Positions 19,530 to 29,392 of a DNA stretch of 64,000 bases are shown here, piece by piece. A model generated the notes under the pieces. That model made no database searches and was not told the origin of the DNA. It was given only the letters and a program-made list of their open reading frames with translations. Position 1 is the stretch's first letter, and the number at the start of each line of letters is the position of its first letter. The DNA is from a bacterium (GTDB lineage Bacteria > NPL-UPA2 > JAUVJM01), in the NCBI GenBank assembly GCA_030606215.1, contig JAUWGW010000007.1, forward strand, positions 1,615 to 65,614. The letters run 5' to 3'. Position numbers and translations under genes: made by a program.

Positions 19530-20283
19530 TTTGCCTCCTCCTTATAGCGTAAATGCACACGCAACTGAATACTATGGTGGCACCTGCCACAACCTGTGTC
19601 CATGGCATTTTCATATTCCATAAATACATGGAATCTGCCCGGAAAAATTCTATTCCAGACCTGAGTACTGAATACATAATAGCATACAGCAAAAAAATGG
19701 AGCCGTCAGCCATTTTTTTCATTCTCAGTCTGTAAAGCAGAAGGAAGATTGAGAGATTTCCCACTATTTCATAAAGCTGTGTTGGGTGTAAAGGGACATT
19801 TACCGGAGCCATTGATTGAGGATTTCTGAATATGACTGCCCACGGAAGAGTGGTTTCCTTCCCGAAACAACAACCATTAAGAAAACATCCAACTCTCCCT
19901 ATAGCTTGTGCCAGGATGATGGCAGGGGCTCCTGCATCAGCAAATTTCCAGAAGGGAATACCCCTCCTCTTTGTAAACCATATTCCTGCGAGGAATCCTC
20001 CAAGAATTCCTCCATGAAAAGCGAGCCCTCCCTGCCATATTTTAACAATATCCAGGGGATGTTCCAGGAAACAATCAATGTGCAGAATTACATAATATAA
20101 TCTGGCTCCGAGAATGCCGCTTATGATTGCAAGAGAAGCAAAATCAATCATACATTCAGAACCGAGTCCTTTCCTCCTGGTTTCATTCTTTGCCAGATAA
20201 ATAGCGATGAGGAAAGCAGTCGCTATCATCACGCCATAGAGGCGAATTGTAATTGGACCAAGTTTAAGAAGAACTGGATACAT
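19510..20283 (-). CDS. lgt: Prolipoprotein diacylglyceryl transferase
   Basis: Lgt-like N-terminus and a conserved G-rich loop (GGLAFHGGILGG). Confidence 0.85.
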   Translation of the reverse strand: MYPVLLKLGPITIRLYGVMIATAFLIAIYLAKNETRRKGLGSECMIDFASLAIISGILGARLYYVILHIDCFLEHPLDIVKIWQGGLAFHGGILGGFLAGIWFTKRRGIPFWKFADAGAPAIILAQAIGRVGCFLNGCCFGKETTLPWAVIFRNPQSMAPVNVPLHPTQLYEIVGNLSIFLLLYRLRMKKMADGSIFLLYAIMYSVLRSGIEFFRADSMYLWNMKMPWTQVVAGATIVFSCVCIYAIRRRQIGKEKG

Positions 20284-21094
20284 TTTCTCTCACAATGAGA
20301 ACTTTTGCAGGGCATTTCTCCACTGCTTTTGCAATCTTCTCCATATTATCTGAATGGATATGCGGGAGATTACCATCCATTGTAATTGCCTGAGGTGCGA
20401 CCTTTGCACATATCCCACAGCCGAAACAACCGACATTACAGATTTCCCTCACATCTTTCCCTCTATCTTTTGAAACGCATGCCACATACGCTTTTGTCTC
20501 TCTTGGAATAAGCTGAATGATATTTCCTGGACATACTTTCACGCAGAGCCCACATCCCGTGCATGCATCCTCATCCACGACAGGCAAGCAATTCTCATCC
20601 ATTTTAAGCGCACCAAAAGGGCAGGCATCAACACATGACCCAAACCCTAAACATCCATATGGACATCTCTTACCGCCACCCTGGAGGAGAGAGGCGGCAA
20701 GACAATTATTAATCCCTTGATAGATAAATTTTTCTTCTACTTTGTTCTTTCCTCCTCTGCAGCAGACTACAGCTACCTGTGGCACGGATTCTTCCAATTC
20801 GGCTCCCATTACTTCGGCTAATTTCATGTTGACCTCATTCCCGCCGGCAATACAGGCGTTTACAGGCGCTTTCCCGCTCACTACTGCAGCTGCATAAGCC
20901 TGACATCCCGGAAATCCACATGCGCCACAATTTGTTCCGGGAAGTACTTGCATCACTTCTTCTTCATGTCTGTCCACTGCGACGCCAAACTTCTTCGCTG
21001 CAATACCAAGACCTATCCCGAGAATTAACCCGATACCCGCAAGACTTAGAATTGCCAGAAATGCAGTCATCTTTCCCTCAGTAGTTTGGCACAT
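20264..21094 (-). CDS. rnfB: Rnf complex subunit B (Fe-S)
   Basis: N-terminal TM helix, CGACGFPGC cluster motif and two 4Fe-4S ferredoxin motifs. Confidence 0.8.
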   Translation of the reverse strand: MCQTTEGKMTAFLAILSLAGIGLILGIGLGIAAKKFGVAVDRHEEEVMQVLPGTNCGACGFPGCQAYAAAVVSGKAPVNACIAGGNEVNMKLAEVMGAELEESVPQVAVVCCRGGKNKVEEKFIYQGINNCLAASLLQGGGKRCPYGCLGFGSCVDACPFGALKMDENCLPVVDEDACTGCGLCVKVCPGNIIQLIPRETKAYVACVSKDRGKDVREICNVGCFGCGICAKVAPQAITMDGNLPHIHSDNMEKIAKAVEKCPAKVLIVRENVSSSS

Positions 21095-21795
21095 ATAGTT
21101 ACCATATGAACCCAGAGACTGCTTCTATTAGTAATCAGTCTGGCAGAATGCAGGTTTCGTAGAAATTCTTGAGGAGTATTGAAACTGTTTAGCTCCACAT
21201 ATGCCCTTCCTACCTCAGAGTTTAAATGAGCATCACTTCCTACCACCATGGCAAATCCATTCTCTCGTGCTAAGCTCAATGCTTTTTGGTTGTCTTTTAC
21301 ATATATATTTCTTGAGTTAAATACTTCTATAATATCTACTCTTTTTACCTCGTCCTTGTGCGCAAGAGCGGGGTTTATGAGCCTCTCCAGAGCATCCTTC
21401 TTTATCTTAGATTTCCTAAAAGAGCCAAAAGGATGAGGGATTCCAACCAGCCCCCCTTGAACTTTTATCCGCTCAATAGTTTCCTCCAGAGGCAGTTGCG
21501 GAGGGATTGCCTCCTCCAGGAAATAACCCATAATTTCCCCTTCCTGAGTGTCAATTTCTTCCCCTACAATCACCTTGAAATCAGGAGGAGCTAATTTCTT
21601 TAATGCCAGAGCTCCCTCAATAGTATTATGGTCGGTAATGGCTACTCCGGTCAGCCCTCTTTTAGCACAAGTTGAAATTATGGCTTTTTCTGACAGGAGA
21701 CTATCCGGGGAATAACGAGTATGGACATGCATATCTATCTTAAGCATAAGTTGTACTTTCACCAATATAATATTATCCCTGCTGTTATCGCCCAC
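21067..21795 (-). CDS. PHP-domain metal-dependent phosphoesterase
   Basis: MHVHTRYSPDS.. and ..DHNT.. PHP motifs. Confidence 0.6.
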   Translation of the reverse strand: MGDNSRDNIILVKVQLMLKIDMHVHTRYSPDSLLSEKAIISTCAKRGLTGVAITDHNTIEGALALKKLAPPDFKVIVGEEIDTQEGEIMGYFLEEAIPPQLPLEETIERIKVQGGLVGIPHPFGSFRKSKIKKDALERLINPALAHKDEVKRVDIIEVFNSRNIYVKDNQKALSLARENGFAMVVGSDAHLNSEVGRAYVELNSFNTPQEFLRNLHSARLITNRSSLWVHMVTICAKLLRER

Positions 21796-22637
21796 AAAAT
21801 GATATCAATCATCAAAGGCTTATCTGTAACTAAAATATCTTCCGGCTTTCCGCCTGTTCCCTTTTGGTGAATGAGATACAGGTATCTGAAAATGCCATAC
21901 AGGACAAAAGGAACGGTAAACACAAGGTTCCTGGTGCCAAACTTTCCTATTGTTTTTTCAGACATGGTATACAGGGCATAAGCCACCACAGTTGAAGCAG
22001 TAACTACTGAGATCATCTGATCTAACAGATAAGAACTATATTCCGCCAGAACCTGTCTATGATTTTGTGCTCCCCCCTCCAGCTCTACCACTTCATATCT
22101 TCTCTTACTCAATCCTAAGAAGAGAGAGAGAAGAATTGTGCAGATTATTAGCCAGGAGGAAATCTCTACATTAATGACCACTGCGCCAGCCACAACCCTG
22201 AGTACAAAACCACAGGCAATAGTGAAAACATCTAAAATGACTATGCGCTTCAGTAGAAAAGAGTAGGCTAATTGGAGTAGGAAATAAGCCAGAGTAACCA
22301 GGAAAAAAGACGGGCTTAAGTAATAGGACGCTGCTAACAAAGGAGGTATTAAAATTGTCAGAGTGAGCACAGCATGGGAAATTTTAAGCCTTCCTGAAGC
22401 AATTGGTCTATGAGATTTATCCGGATGGCGTCTGTCCTGTTTTAAATCAGAAAGGTCGTTGAGAATGTAGATTGAGCCGGAAAGAAGGCAGAAAATAAAA
22501 AATGCAAATGTTACTTTGAAGAGCAAGGGGAAATTGAAAATGTTTTGAGAAAACAAAATTCCGGCGAAGATGAAGAGGTTCTTCGTCCACTGTTTAGGAC
22601 GAAGGCTTTCCCATACACAGACAAGAAAATTCATCAT
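21759..22637 (-). CDS. UbiA-family prenyltransferase, decaprenyl-phosphate phosphoribosyltransferase (DPPR synthase)-like
   Basis: NDLSDLKQDRRHPDKSHRPIASG motif (NDxxDxxxDRxHPxKxxRPIAsG signature of DPPR-synthase-like UbiA members). ~8 TM helices. Confidence 0.7.
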   Translation of the reverse strand: MMNFLVCVWESLRPKQWTKNLFIFAGILFSQNIFNFPLLFKVTFAFFIFCLLSGSIYILNDLSDLKQDRRHPDKSHRPIASGRLKISHAVLTLTILIPPLLAASYYLSPSFFLVTLAYFLLQLAYSFLLKRIVILDVFTIACGFVLRVVAGAVVINVEISSWLIICTILLSLFLGLSKRRYEVVELEGGAQNHRQVLAEYSSYLLDQMISVVTASTVVAYALYTMSEKTIGKFGTRNLVFTVPFVLYGIFRYLYLIHQKGTGGKPEDILVTDKPLMIDIILWAITAGIILYW

Positions 22638-22653
22638 TCTCTCCTAATGTAAA

Positions 22654-22696
22654 CCAGTGAACCGTGTGTCATTCTGAACGAAGTGAAGAATCTCAT
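22654..22696. repeat. GTCATTCTGA-family intergenic repeat (copy 1), between the epimerase stop and the UbiA start
   Basis: ccagtgaaccgtgtgtcattctgaacgaagtgaagaatctcat; extended similarity to copy 3. Confidence 0.5.
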
Positions 22697-23727
22697 AGGA
22701 ATTTTTTAAACAATGTCAGTATCCCCTGTTTCCATGGGACGCGATGTGTAACACCTGACCCCGTAATCTCATGAGTGTGCTCAAGATAGTGTCTATACGA
22801 TCTTATCAAAGATTCTGCATTGCTATACCGTGGTGTCCAGCCGAGTATTCTTTCAGCTTTCTCTATTGAAACAAAGGAATCCTTATCTGCGGTTCCATAA
22901 ACCCATTTATAGAGGGGCGAAACTCTAATTATCCAGAACAGTTCAAGTAAAGGCTTTACGACCCAGGAAGGCACAGGAAAAACATGAGCGCCGGTTTTAG
23001 CATAGTCACACAACGCTCCAACATCTTCCAATACAGTACCAAATTCTTTAGCTCCTGCATTGAAGGTATCGTTAACCTTTTCTTCCGGCAGTGTCATCAT
23101 TAAATAAACCGCATCCACTAAATCGTCAACCTCCAACAATTGATAGCGATTTTTCCCACTCCCTATAATCGGAATTTTTTTCCCACTCCTGACCCAATCA
23201 TACAGAATCTGGAATACACCGAGCCTGCCCATCCCGATGAAAGTTTTTGGCCGAACTACAGGGATGCACAACCCCTTCTGCCTGTATTCTTCGCATATCT
23301 TTTCCGCCTCAATCTTACTTTCTCCGTATGGGCCTACCCCAACAAGCGGGTCATTTTCGTAAATAGGGTGTTTCTCAGGGACGCCGTATACAGCAGTTGA
23401 AGATATAAGAACAACTCTCTTTATACCATTCTTTACAGCAGATTCAAAGACACATCTTGTGCCTCCGACATTTGTGCTGAAGATGTCTTTTTTCTTCCAC
23501 AATGGTAAAGCTGCTGCAGTATGTATAACAACATCTGCATTTGCAAGTATTTTATCCAGAGATTCAAAGTCCCGAACATCAGTGTTGAAATACTTAATAT
23601 TATCAGGATATTCCGCAGGGTCTATTGGCGCAATATCAATAACAAGAATCTCATCAAACTTCTCAGCAAACCTGTTACACAGGTGAAAACCTAAAAATCC
23701 TGCTCCTCCAGTTACAGCAAGCTTCAA
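22693..23727 (-). CDS. NAD-dependent epimerase/dehydratase (extended SDR)
   Basis: VTGGAGFLG Rossmann motif. YxxxK region. Confidence 0.75.
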   Translation of the reverse strand: MKLAVTGGAGFLGFHLCNRFAEKFDEILVIDIAPIDPAEYPDNIKYFNTDVRDFESLDKILANADVVIHTAAALPLWKKKDIFSTNVGGTRCVFESAVKNGIKRVVLISSTAVYGVPEKHPIYENDPLVGVGPYGESKIEAEKICEEYRQKGLCIPVVRPKTFIGMGRLGVFQILYDWVRSGKKIPIIGSGKNRYQLLEVDDLVDAVYLMMTLPEEKVNDTFNAGAKEFGTVLEDVGALCDYAKTGAHVFPVPSWVVKPLLELFWIIRVSPLYKWVYGTADKDSFVSIEKAERILGWTPRYSNAESLIRSYRHYLEHTHEITGSGVTHRVPWKQGILTLFKKFL

Positions 23728-23748
23728 GATAAATCCTCCTCATGATTT

Positions 23749-24351
23749 TTAATGTGGCACAATGCCTGCAAATCCGAAGAATGCCATGGACATAAGTCCT
23801 GCAGTTATGAAAGCGATTGCTGCCCCCTTAAAACTTTCAGGAACATTGGCAAGTTCAAGTCTTTCCCTGATACCTGACATTAGGAGCATTGCAATTGTAA
23901 ATCCAACCCCTGCTCCAAACCCGTGAACAACACTTTTCAGGAAGCTTAGCTCGGCCACCTCTCCGTTGTGGAAGAACATATTTATATTTAAAACAGCAAC
24001 GCCCAGGACCGCACAGTTTGTTGTAATAAGCGGCAGGTAGATTCCAAGCGCTCTGTAAAGCGCAGGACTCAGTTTCTGAATTACAATCTCTACAAACTGA
24101 ACGAAACTTGCTATTACAAGGATAAATGCAATGGTCCTCAAGAATTCAAGATTGTATGGAAGAAGAATATAACGGTATACAAGCCATGTTACAGAAGATG
24201 CAAGAGTCATTACAAATATGACAGCCATCCCCATACCGATTGCCGGCTCAGTCCTTTTTGATACACCAATATATGGACAGAGTCCCAGGAATCTTGAAAG
24301 GACGAAATTGTTGACGAAAACTGCGCTGACAAATATTAAGACAATCTCCAT
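23749..24351 (-). CDS. rnfA: Rnf complex subunit A
   Basis: ~200 aa polytopic protein of the Rnf-Nqr family, in the D-G-E-A gene order. Confidence 0.8.
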   Translation of the reverse strand: MEIVLIFVSAVFVNNFVLSRFLGLCPYIGVSKRTEPAIGMGMAVIFVMTLASSVTWLVYRYILLPYNLEFLRTIAFILVIASFVQFVEIVIQKLSPALYRALGIYLPLITTNCAVLGVAVLNINMFFHNGEVAELSFLKSVVHGFGAGVGFTIAMLLMSGIRERLELANVPESFKGAAIAFITAGLMSMAFFGFAGIVPH

Positions 24352-24371
24352 CCTATCTCCTTCGCTGGCAT

Positions 24372-24956
24372 TTATCTCTTTCTCTTCATCTGTTTAAGTG
24401 CAAGAATAAACCCTATTGTGAGAAAAGCTCCTGGAGGAAGGAGCATAAGAGCAACCGGCTCAAATTCGGTTGATATGCTCACCCCAAAAATCTTCCCCGA
24501 GCCCAGTGCTTCCCTTATAATTGAAATAATGAGCAAGCCTGCCGTAAATCCAAAACCCATACCCAGCCCGTCCACAACTGCTCTCGCAGGAGAATTTCTT
24601 GAAGCAAATGCTTCTGCCCTTCCAAGAATTATGCAGTTAACGACAATCAGCGGGATGAATATACCAAGCTGCCTGTTTAGCTCTGGTAAATAGGCAGAAA
24701 GTATACGTTCCACAATTACTACAAATGTGGCGATGATGATAATGAAACACGGAATCCTCATTCTTTGAGGGAAAAGTTTCCTCGTGATAGAGATTGTCAG
24801 GTTTGATGAAACAAGCACAAAGGTTGTTGCAATTCCCATCCCGAGACCATTCGCGAATGAAGTTGAAACAGCCAATGTCGGACACAAGCCAAGCATCAGC
24901 ACAAATACAGGATTTTCTTTGAATAGCCCTTTTAAAAATTCTCTCAACATATTCAT
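24372..24956 (-). CDS. rnfE: Rnf complex subunit E (start taken at MNMLREF; the ORF-track extension to 25004 runs over an intergenic repeat)
   Basis: Rnf-Nqr family membrane protein adjacent to rnfA. Confidence 0.8.
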   Translation of the reverse strand: MNMLREFLKGLFKENPVFVLMLGLCPTLAVSTSFANGLGMGIATTFVLVSSNLTISITRKLFPQRMRIPCFIIIIATFVVIVERILSAYLPELNRQLGIFIPLIVVNCIILGRAEAFASRNSPARAVVDGLGMGFGFTAGLLIISIIREALGSGKIFGVSISTEFEPVALMLLPPGAFLTIGFILALKQMKRKR

Positions 24957-24968
24957 AACACCGTATTT

Positions 24969-25004
24969 GTCATTGCGAGGAGTGGAGCGACGAAGCAATC
25001 TCAT
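24969..25004. repeat. GTCATT..GA..GAAG.AATCTCAT-family repeat (copy 2), between the rnfG stop and the rnfE start
   Basis: gtcattgcgaggagtggagcgacgaagcaatctcat. Confidence 0.45.
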
Positions 25005-25605
25005 CTATTTTCTCTCTCACAGAATCAATAACAGCCTTTGAGGAAATTGTTGCGCCGGTAATTGCCTCCATCTTCTCTGTGTGCAGGTCCTCTGACTTTT
25101 TCCCGGCAAATTGTTTTTGGAACCATGGTTTTTTATCCACTCTTACTTTCTTCACATCTCTCCGGAAAATATCCCTGATGGTTTTGCCTGAAGGAACTTC
25201 CTCAATTCTTGCTCCAAGACCTGGGGTTTCCTGCTGGCTCAGGATTTTAAGTCCTGTAATTTCCCCCTCGGGAGTTATACCGACCATAGTCCTTATAGTA
25301 CTGCTGTAACCTTTCCCCTCAGCAATAAAGGCTATTCCCACTATCTTTTCTCTATCTCCGGATTCATACCCGATGTAATAAAAGATGTCCCGCTTTTTCA
25401 CAGGCTCAAAGACTTTTGCAGTCGGAAGAACCTCAAGCAGGGCTTTCTGCTTTTCCTCCTCCAGGACTTTCTTCCTTCTCTCCTCAGTAACATTATAAAC
25501 AATGGCAAGTGAACCTGCTGAAAATGCCGCTACAACCATCAATATAATTCCAAACCTCACTATGTCACGCATTTCCATATCTTCTCGGCTTGGCATACCT
25601 ATCAA
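24970..25605 (-). CDS. rnfG: Rnf complex subunit G (FMN-binding)
   Basis: N-terminal TM helix plus FMN-binding domain with the TGATISS motif. Confidence 0.75.
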   Translation of the reverse strand: MIGMPSREDMEMRDIVRFGIILMVVAAFSAGSLAIVYNVTEERRKKVLEEEKQKALLEVLPTAKVFEPVKKRDIFYYIGYESGDREKIVGIAFIAEGKGYSSTIRTMVGITPEGEITGLKILSQQETPGLGARIEEVPSGKTIRDIFRRDVKKVRVDKKPWFQKQFAGKKSEDLHTEKMEAITGATISSKAVIDSVREKIDEIASSLHSSQ

Positions 25606-26599
25606 TCATAGGAGTAGCCGCATTCATCAGAAGAATTGCAAATGAAACTCCTTCAGGATAACCTGCATACAGACGGATTATAGCGGTGAGGAACCCGCAT
25701 CCGAGTCCGAAGATAATTTTCCCTTCGCCAGTCATTGGGGATGTTACCATATCAGTAGCCATGAAAAATGCTCCGAGAATTGCTCCTCCTGAAAAAATGT
25801 GAAAAAGAACATTTCCGTGGAAAGGTTTGCTTGCTCCAGGAATCCAGAGGAGCCATGCAAAAACTGCTAAACTCCCGAGGAAACTTAAAGGAATATGCCA
25901 GCTAATTATACCCTTTACGAGGAGAAAGATTGCTCCAATAATGAGGAGCAAAGCGGCAGTTTCTCCAATGCATCCCCCAATATTACCTGTAAATAGTCTA
26001 AGTAAAGTATCCGAAGAATGCAAATCATTGAGGTGCTGAGAAGCTAATACTTTTACATTTTCCGCTGCATTTGGGTCAGAAAGCGTACGGTTTGCATCAA
26101 GCCATGCGGTTAGAGGAGTTGCTGACGTAATTCCATCTATTGAAATAATTCCAGCTCTCGGGGTTGCCCATCCTGTCGTCATATATCTACTGTAGGAAAG
26201 AAGAAGAAAAACCCGTCCACCGAGTGCAGGATTGAATATATTATGCCCAAGCCCTCCAAATGTCTGTTTCACAACACTGATAGCAAAGGCTGAGCCAAGA
26301 GCAGGCAGCCATAACGGTATATCCTGCGGTAGATTCAACGCAAGGAGTAAACCTGTAAGAAAAGCGCTCCCATCAGAAATTGCAACTGGCTTCTTCCTTA
26401 ACCATAAAATAATTGCTTCGGTGATGATAGCTGAAAGTATACTTACGCCGATAATTTGAAGCACCTTAACTCCAAAGAAATAAACTGCTCCGACTATAGC
26501 CGGAAGGAGTGCCAGAGACACTGACCACATAATCTTATTAACTGTTACCCCGGAACTCAAATGCGGGGCAGGGGATACAATGAACTTCTGCTCTCTCAC
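25565..26599 (-). CDS. rnfD: Rnf complex subunit D
   Basis: NqrB/RnfD-family polytopic protein, with the conserved Thr near the C-terminus (..DMVTSP..). Confidence 0.8.
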   Translation of the reverse strand: MREQKFIVSPAPHLSSGVTVNKIMWSVSLALLPAIVGAVYFFGVKVLQIIGVSILSAIITEAIILWLRKKPVAISDGSAFLTGLLLALNLPQDIPLWLPALGSAFAISVVKQTFGGLGHNIFNPALGGRVFLLLSYSRYMTTGWATPRAGIISIDGITSATPLTAWLDANRTLSDPNAAENVKVLASQHLNDLHSSDTLLRLFTGNIGGCIGETAALLLIIGAIFLLVKGIISWHIPLSFLGSLAVFAWLLWIPGASKPFHGNVLFHIFSGGAILGAFFMATDMVTSPMTGEGKIIFGLGCGFLTAIIRLYAGYPEGVSFAILLMNAATPMIDRYAKPRRYGNA

Positions 26600-26721
26600 A
26601 GGAGACTCCTTATTCGGCAGAATAAGCTTTGGAATTCTAATATAGTAGAATATACTCTCCTGCCAGCCTGGTCAAGACAAAAAAGGTTGCATTGGATGAG
26701 GGGAAGTTGTAATCTACCAAT

Positions 26722-27741
26722 ATGAATAAACTGAGGCATATAACATCACTCTCCAGAGTTTTTCTAAACTATAAAAGAGGGAAAACTTGCCTCCGCTCAC
26801 TTCCAATCAGACTCTGGATAGAAACATCAAGTATCTGCAACTTGAGGTGTGTTATGTGTTTGAACAGAGCTCTTCCCAAGAGTGAGAAAGGACTTATGGA
26901 TTTTGGTTTATTCAGAAAAATTATAGATGAGGCAAAATCTTATGTCTATGACGTTTACCTGCATCATCGCGGCGAATCGTTAATTCATCCGGAGTTTCCA
27001 GAGATGATTGAGTATGCTAAGAAATCAGGTCTCAGAGTGAAGTTCCACACAAATGGAACACTTATGACCCCGGAGCTTTCGCTAAAAATACTTGAGGCAG
27101 GTCCTGACCTTGTTTCCTTCTCAGTAGATGGATTTACGAAGGAAGTTTATGAAAAGATCAGAGTGGGTGCAAATTTTGTTGGAACAGTTAATAATATTTC
27201 TTATTTTCTAAAATTAAAAAGGGAGAAGGGTTTAAATAAACCATATACGATAATTGAGGAGATTGAGTTTCCTGAGGTTATTGCTTCTTCTTATGAAGAT
27301 AGGAAGAAGTTTACGGAATATTTCAGGAAACTGGGGCTTGATGAAATAATCTTTAAAAAACTTTACAACTGGGCAGGTTACCTTGGCGAACCGAGTGGTG
27401 AGAGAACATATACAACGTGCACATTTTTGTGGTATTCCTGCGTGATTTTCTGGGATGGAACTGTTTCACCATGCCCGCAGGATTATTACGGGAAGATAAA
27501 GCTCGGGAATATCAAACATAATTCTCTGAGAGAGATATGGAATGGTACAGAGTATGTATCGCTCAGAAAACAGATGCTGAGGGATGTTGAAAAGCTTATC
27601 CCCTGTAATAAATGCGACAGACTCTGCAGGAAGAAAATAGCAGGCATCCCTTTCCAATATCTTATCTCCTACCTGAATGATAACATCATTGGTTACGGGA
27701 AACTGAGGAAAATATTCGGCTCCTATGAGAGAAATGAGTAG
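26722..27741 (+). CDS. Radical SAM protein with C-terminal SPASM-like Cys-rich domain
   Basis: CNLRCVMC (CxxxCxxC). Downstream cysteine clusters (..SPCPQDYYG.., CNKCDRLC). Confidence 0.75.
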   Translation: MNKLRHITSLSRVFLNYKRGKTCLRSLPIRLWIETSSICNLRCVMCLNRALPKSEKGLMDFGLFRKIIDEAKSYVYDVYLHHRGESLIHPEFPEMIEYAKKSGLRVKFHTNGTLMTPELSLKILEAGPDLVSFSVDGFTKEVYEKIRVGANFVGTVNNISYFLKLKREKGLNKPYTIIEEIEFPEVIASSYEDRKKFTEYFRKLGLDEIIFKKLYNWAGYLGEPSGERTYTTCTFLWYSCVIFWDGTVSPCPQDYYGKIKLGNIKHNSLREIWNGTEYVSLRKQMLRDVEKLIPCNKCDRLCRKKIAGIPFQYLISYLNDNIIGYGKLRKIFGSYERNE

Positions 27742-28453
27742 AAAAGTTAAATCAGTGTTGAAACAGCAGAAGATAAAAATGATTCTTTCATACATCGGCG
27801 ATACTTCAGAAAAAAAATGTCTTGATATCGGAAGTGGCAGTGGAATTATCAGTCTTATCCTTCGGGAGAATGGTGGTGATTGGGCAAGCGCTGAGACGGA
27901 AGGAGAAGGCATGGATTCTATCAGGAAGGCAGTTGGAGAAAATGTTTATAAAATAGATGGTCAGTCTACTCCTTTTGGAGAAAGAAGTTTTGATATAGTT
28001 GTAATAGTTGATTTTCTTGAACACATTGATACTGATAGAGAATTTGTCGTAGAACTTTACCGGATAATGAAATATGGAGGGATTCTCATCATAAATGTGC
28101 CGCATCTCAGGAGATGTGCGCCCATCCCGGCGCTTCGTAATCTGATAGGACTAACCGATGAGAAACATGGGCATGTGCGCCCGGGGTATACACTTACGAT
28201 GCTAAAGAATTTGCTTGGTAAGGAATTTGAGATAGTGAGACACTCAGTGTATGTAAAGTTTTTTTCTGAACTCATTGAAACTGTAATTAATTTTGCGGGT
28301 AAAGGTGAGAAGAGGGAAGAGGTAACTGAAAAAGGACTTACGTTCAGGCTATATTCAATAATATATCCTTTCCTTTGCTTAATTTCAAAACTTGATTATC
28401 TCTTTTTTTTCACAAGAGGCGCGCGTTTGATTGTAGAAGCAAGGAAATGCTAG
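27725..28453 (+). CDS. Class I SAM-dependent methyltransferase
   Basis: LDIGSGSGII motif I. Acidic motif II. Confidence 0.7.
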   Translation: MREMSRKVKSVLKQQKIKMILSYIGDTSEKKCLDIGSGSGIISLILRENGGDWASAETEGEGMDSIRKAVGENVYKIDGQSTPFGERSFDIVVIVDFLEHIDTDREFVVELYRIMKYGGILIINVPHLRRCAPIPALRNLIGLTDEKHGHVRPGYTLTMLKNLLGKEFEIVRHSVYVKFFSELIETVINFAGKGEKREEVTEKGLTFRLYSIIYPFLCLISKLDYLFFFTRGARLIVEARKC

Positions 28454-29379
28454 CCCTTTTTCTTATAATACATTACTGTTTTTTCAAATCCTTCTTCAAG
28501 TGTATGGTCTGGCTTCCAGTTAATTTCTTGCCCGGCTTTTCCCGCATCGAGTGATATGCGTTCTACTTCTCCCGTTTTTGCATCTGCATACAGAGGTGGT
28601 TTATTGAAACCGATAATCCTTTTCAGCAATTTAAAAAGTTCAACGACTGAAGTTTCTCTACCGGTACCGAGATTGTAAATTTCCCCGTTTCCTTTTTCCA
28701 TACAGAGGATATTTGCAGAAGCCACGTCTTCTACATACACATAATCCCTTGTTTGTTTTCCTGTGCCAAATATTGTAGGGGATTCCCCCTGGAGCATTTT
28801 ACCGGTAAAGATAGCTACTACACCTGCTTCACCATGTGGATTTTGTCTTGGACCGTAGACATTTGCGTAGCGCAGGACTGTATATTTCAATCCTGCGTTA
28901 TGCGAGTAAAGGTAGAGATAATGTTCCACAGCATGTTTTGAAACTCCGTAAGGCGATAGTGGATTAACGGGATATGTTTCATCTACAGGGAGAGAGTCCG
29001 GCTCTCCATAAATTGCTCCTCCAGTAGATATATAGATAAATTTTTTCACCCCATTTGCTAAAGCTTCTTCTATCAGGTTTATACTGCCGATGACATTTGA
29101 CTTCAGGTCAAAAATTGGGTTACTTACTGATTTGCGGACATCAATTTGAGCGGCATGATGACTTACATAATCAGGTTTTTCGACCTCAAAAATTTCCTTC
29201 ACTTTTTCTCTATCACAGATATCTGCAAGATAGAATTTTGCATCCGGATTGATGTTCTCCTTGAGTCCTGTTGAAAGGTTATCCAAGACCACCACACTGT
29301 ACCCTTCCTTCAAAAGTCTGTCTACAACATTTGAACCTATGAAACCTGCTCCGCCTGTCACCAGCACCTTTTTAGTCAT
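28450..29379 (-). CDS. NAD-dependent nucleotide-sugar epimerase (GalE-like)
   Basis: VTGGAGFIGSN, YxxxK (YGVSK). Confidence 0.8.
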   Translation of the reverse strand: MTKKVLVTGGAGFIGSNVVDRLLKEGYSVVVLDNLSTGLKENINPDAKFYLADICDREKVKEIFEVEKPDYVSHHAAQIDVRKSVSNPIFDLKSNVIGSINLIEEALANGVKKFIYISTGGAIYGEPDSLPVDETYPVNPLSPYGVSKHAVEHYLYLYSHNAGLKYTVLRYANVYGPRQNPHGEAGVVAIFTGKMLQGESPTIFGTGKQTRDYVYVEDVASANILCMEKGNGEIYNLGTGRETSVVELFKLLKRIIGFNKPPLYADAKTGEVERISLDAGKAGQEINWKPDHTLEEGFEKTVMYYKKKG

Positions 29380-29392
29380 AATTTTTCCCTCC

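Noticed and set aside
24957-25004. ORF-track 5' extension of rnfE (MRLLRRSTPRNDKYGV..)
   Set aside because: The extension translates the palindromic intergenic repeat copy 2. The conserved RnfE sequence begins at the internal Met (MNMLREF).
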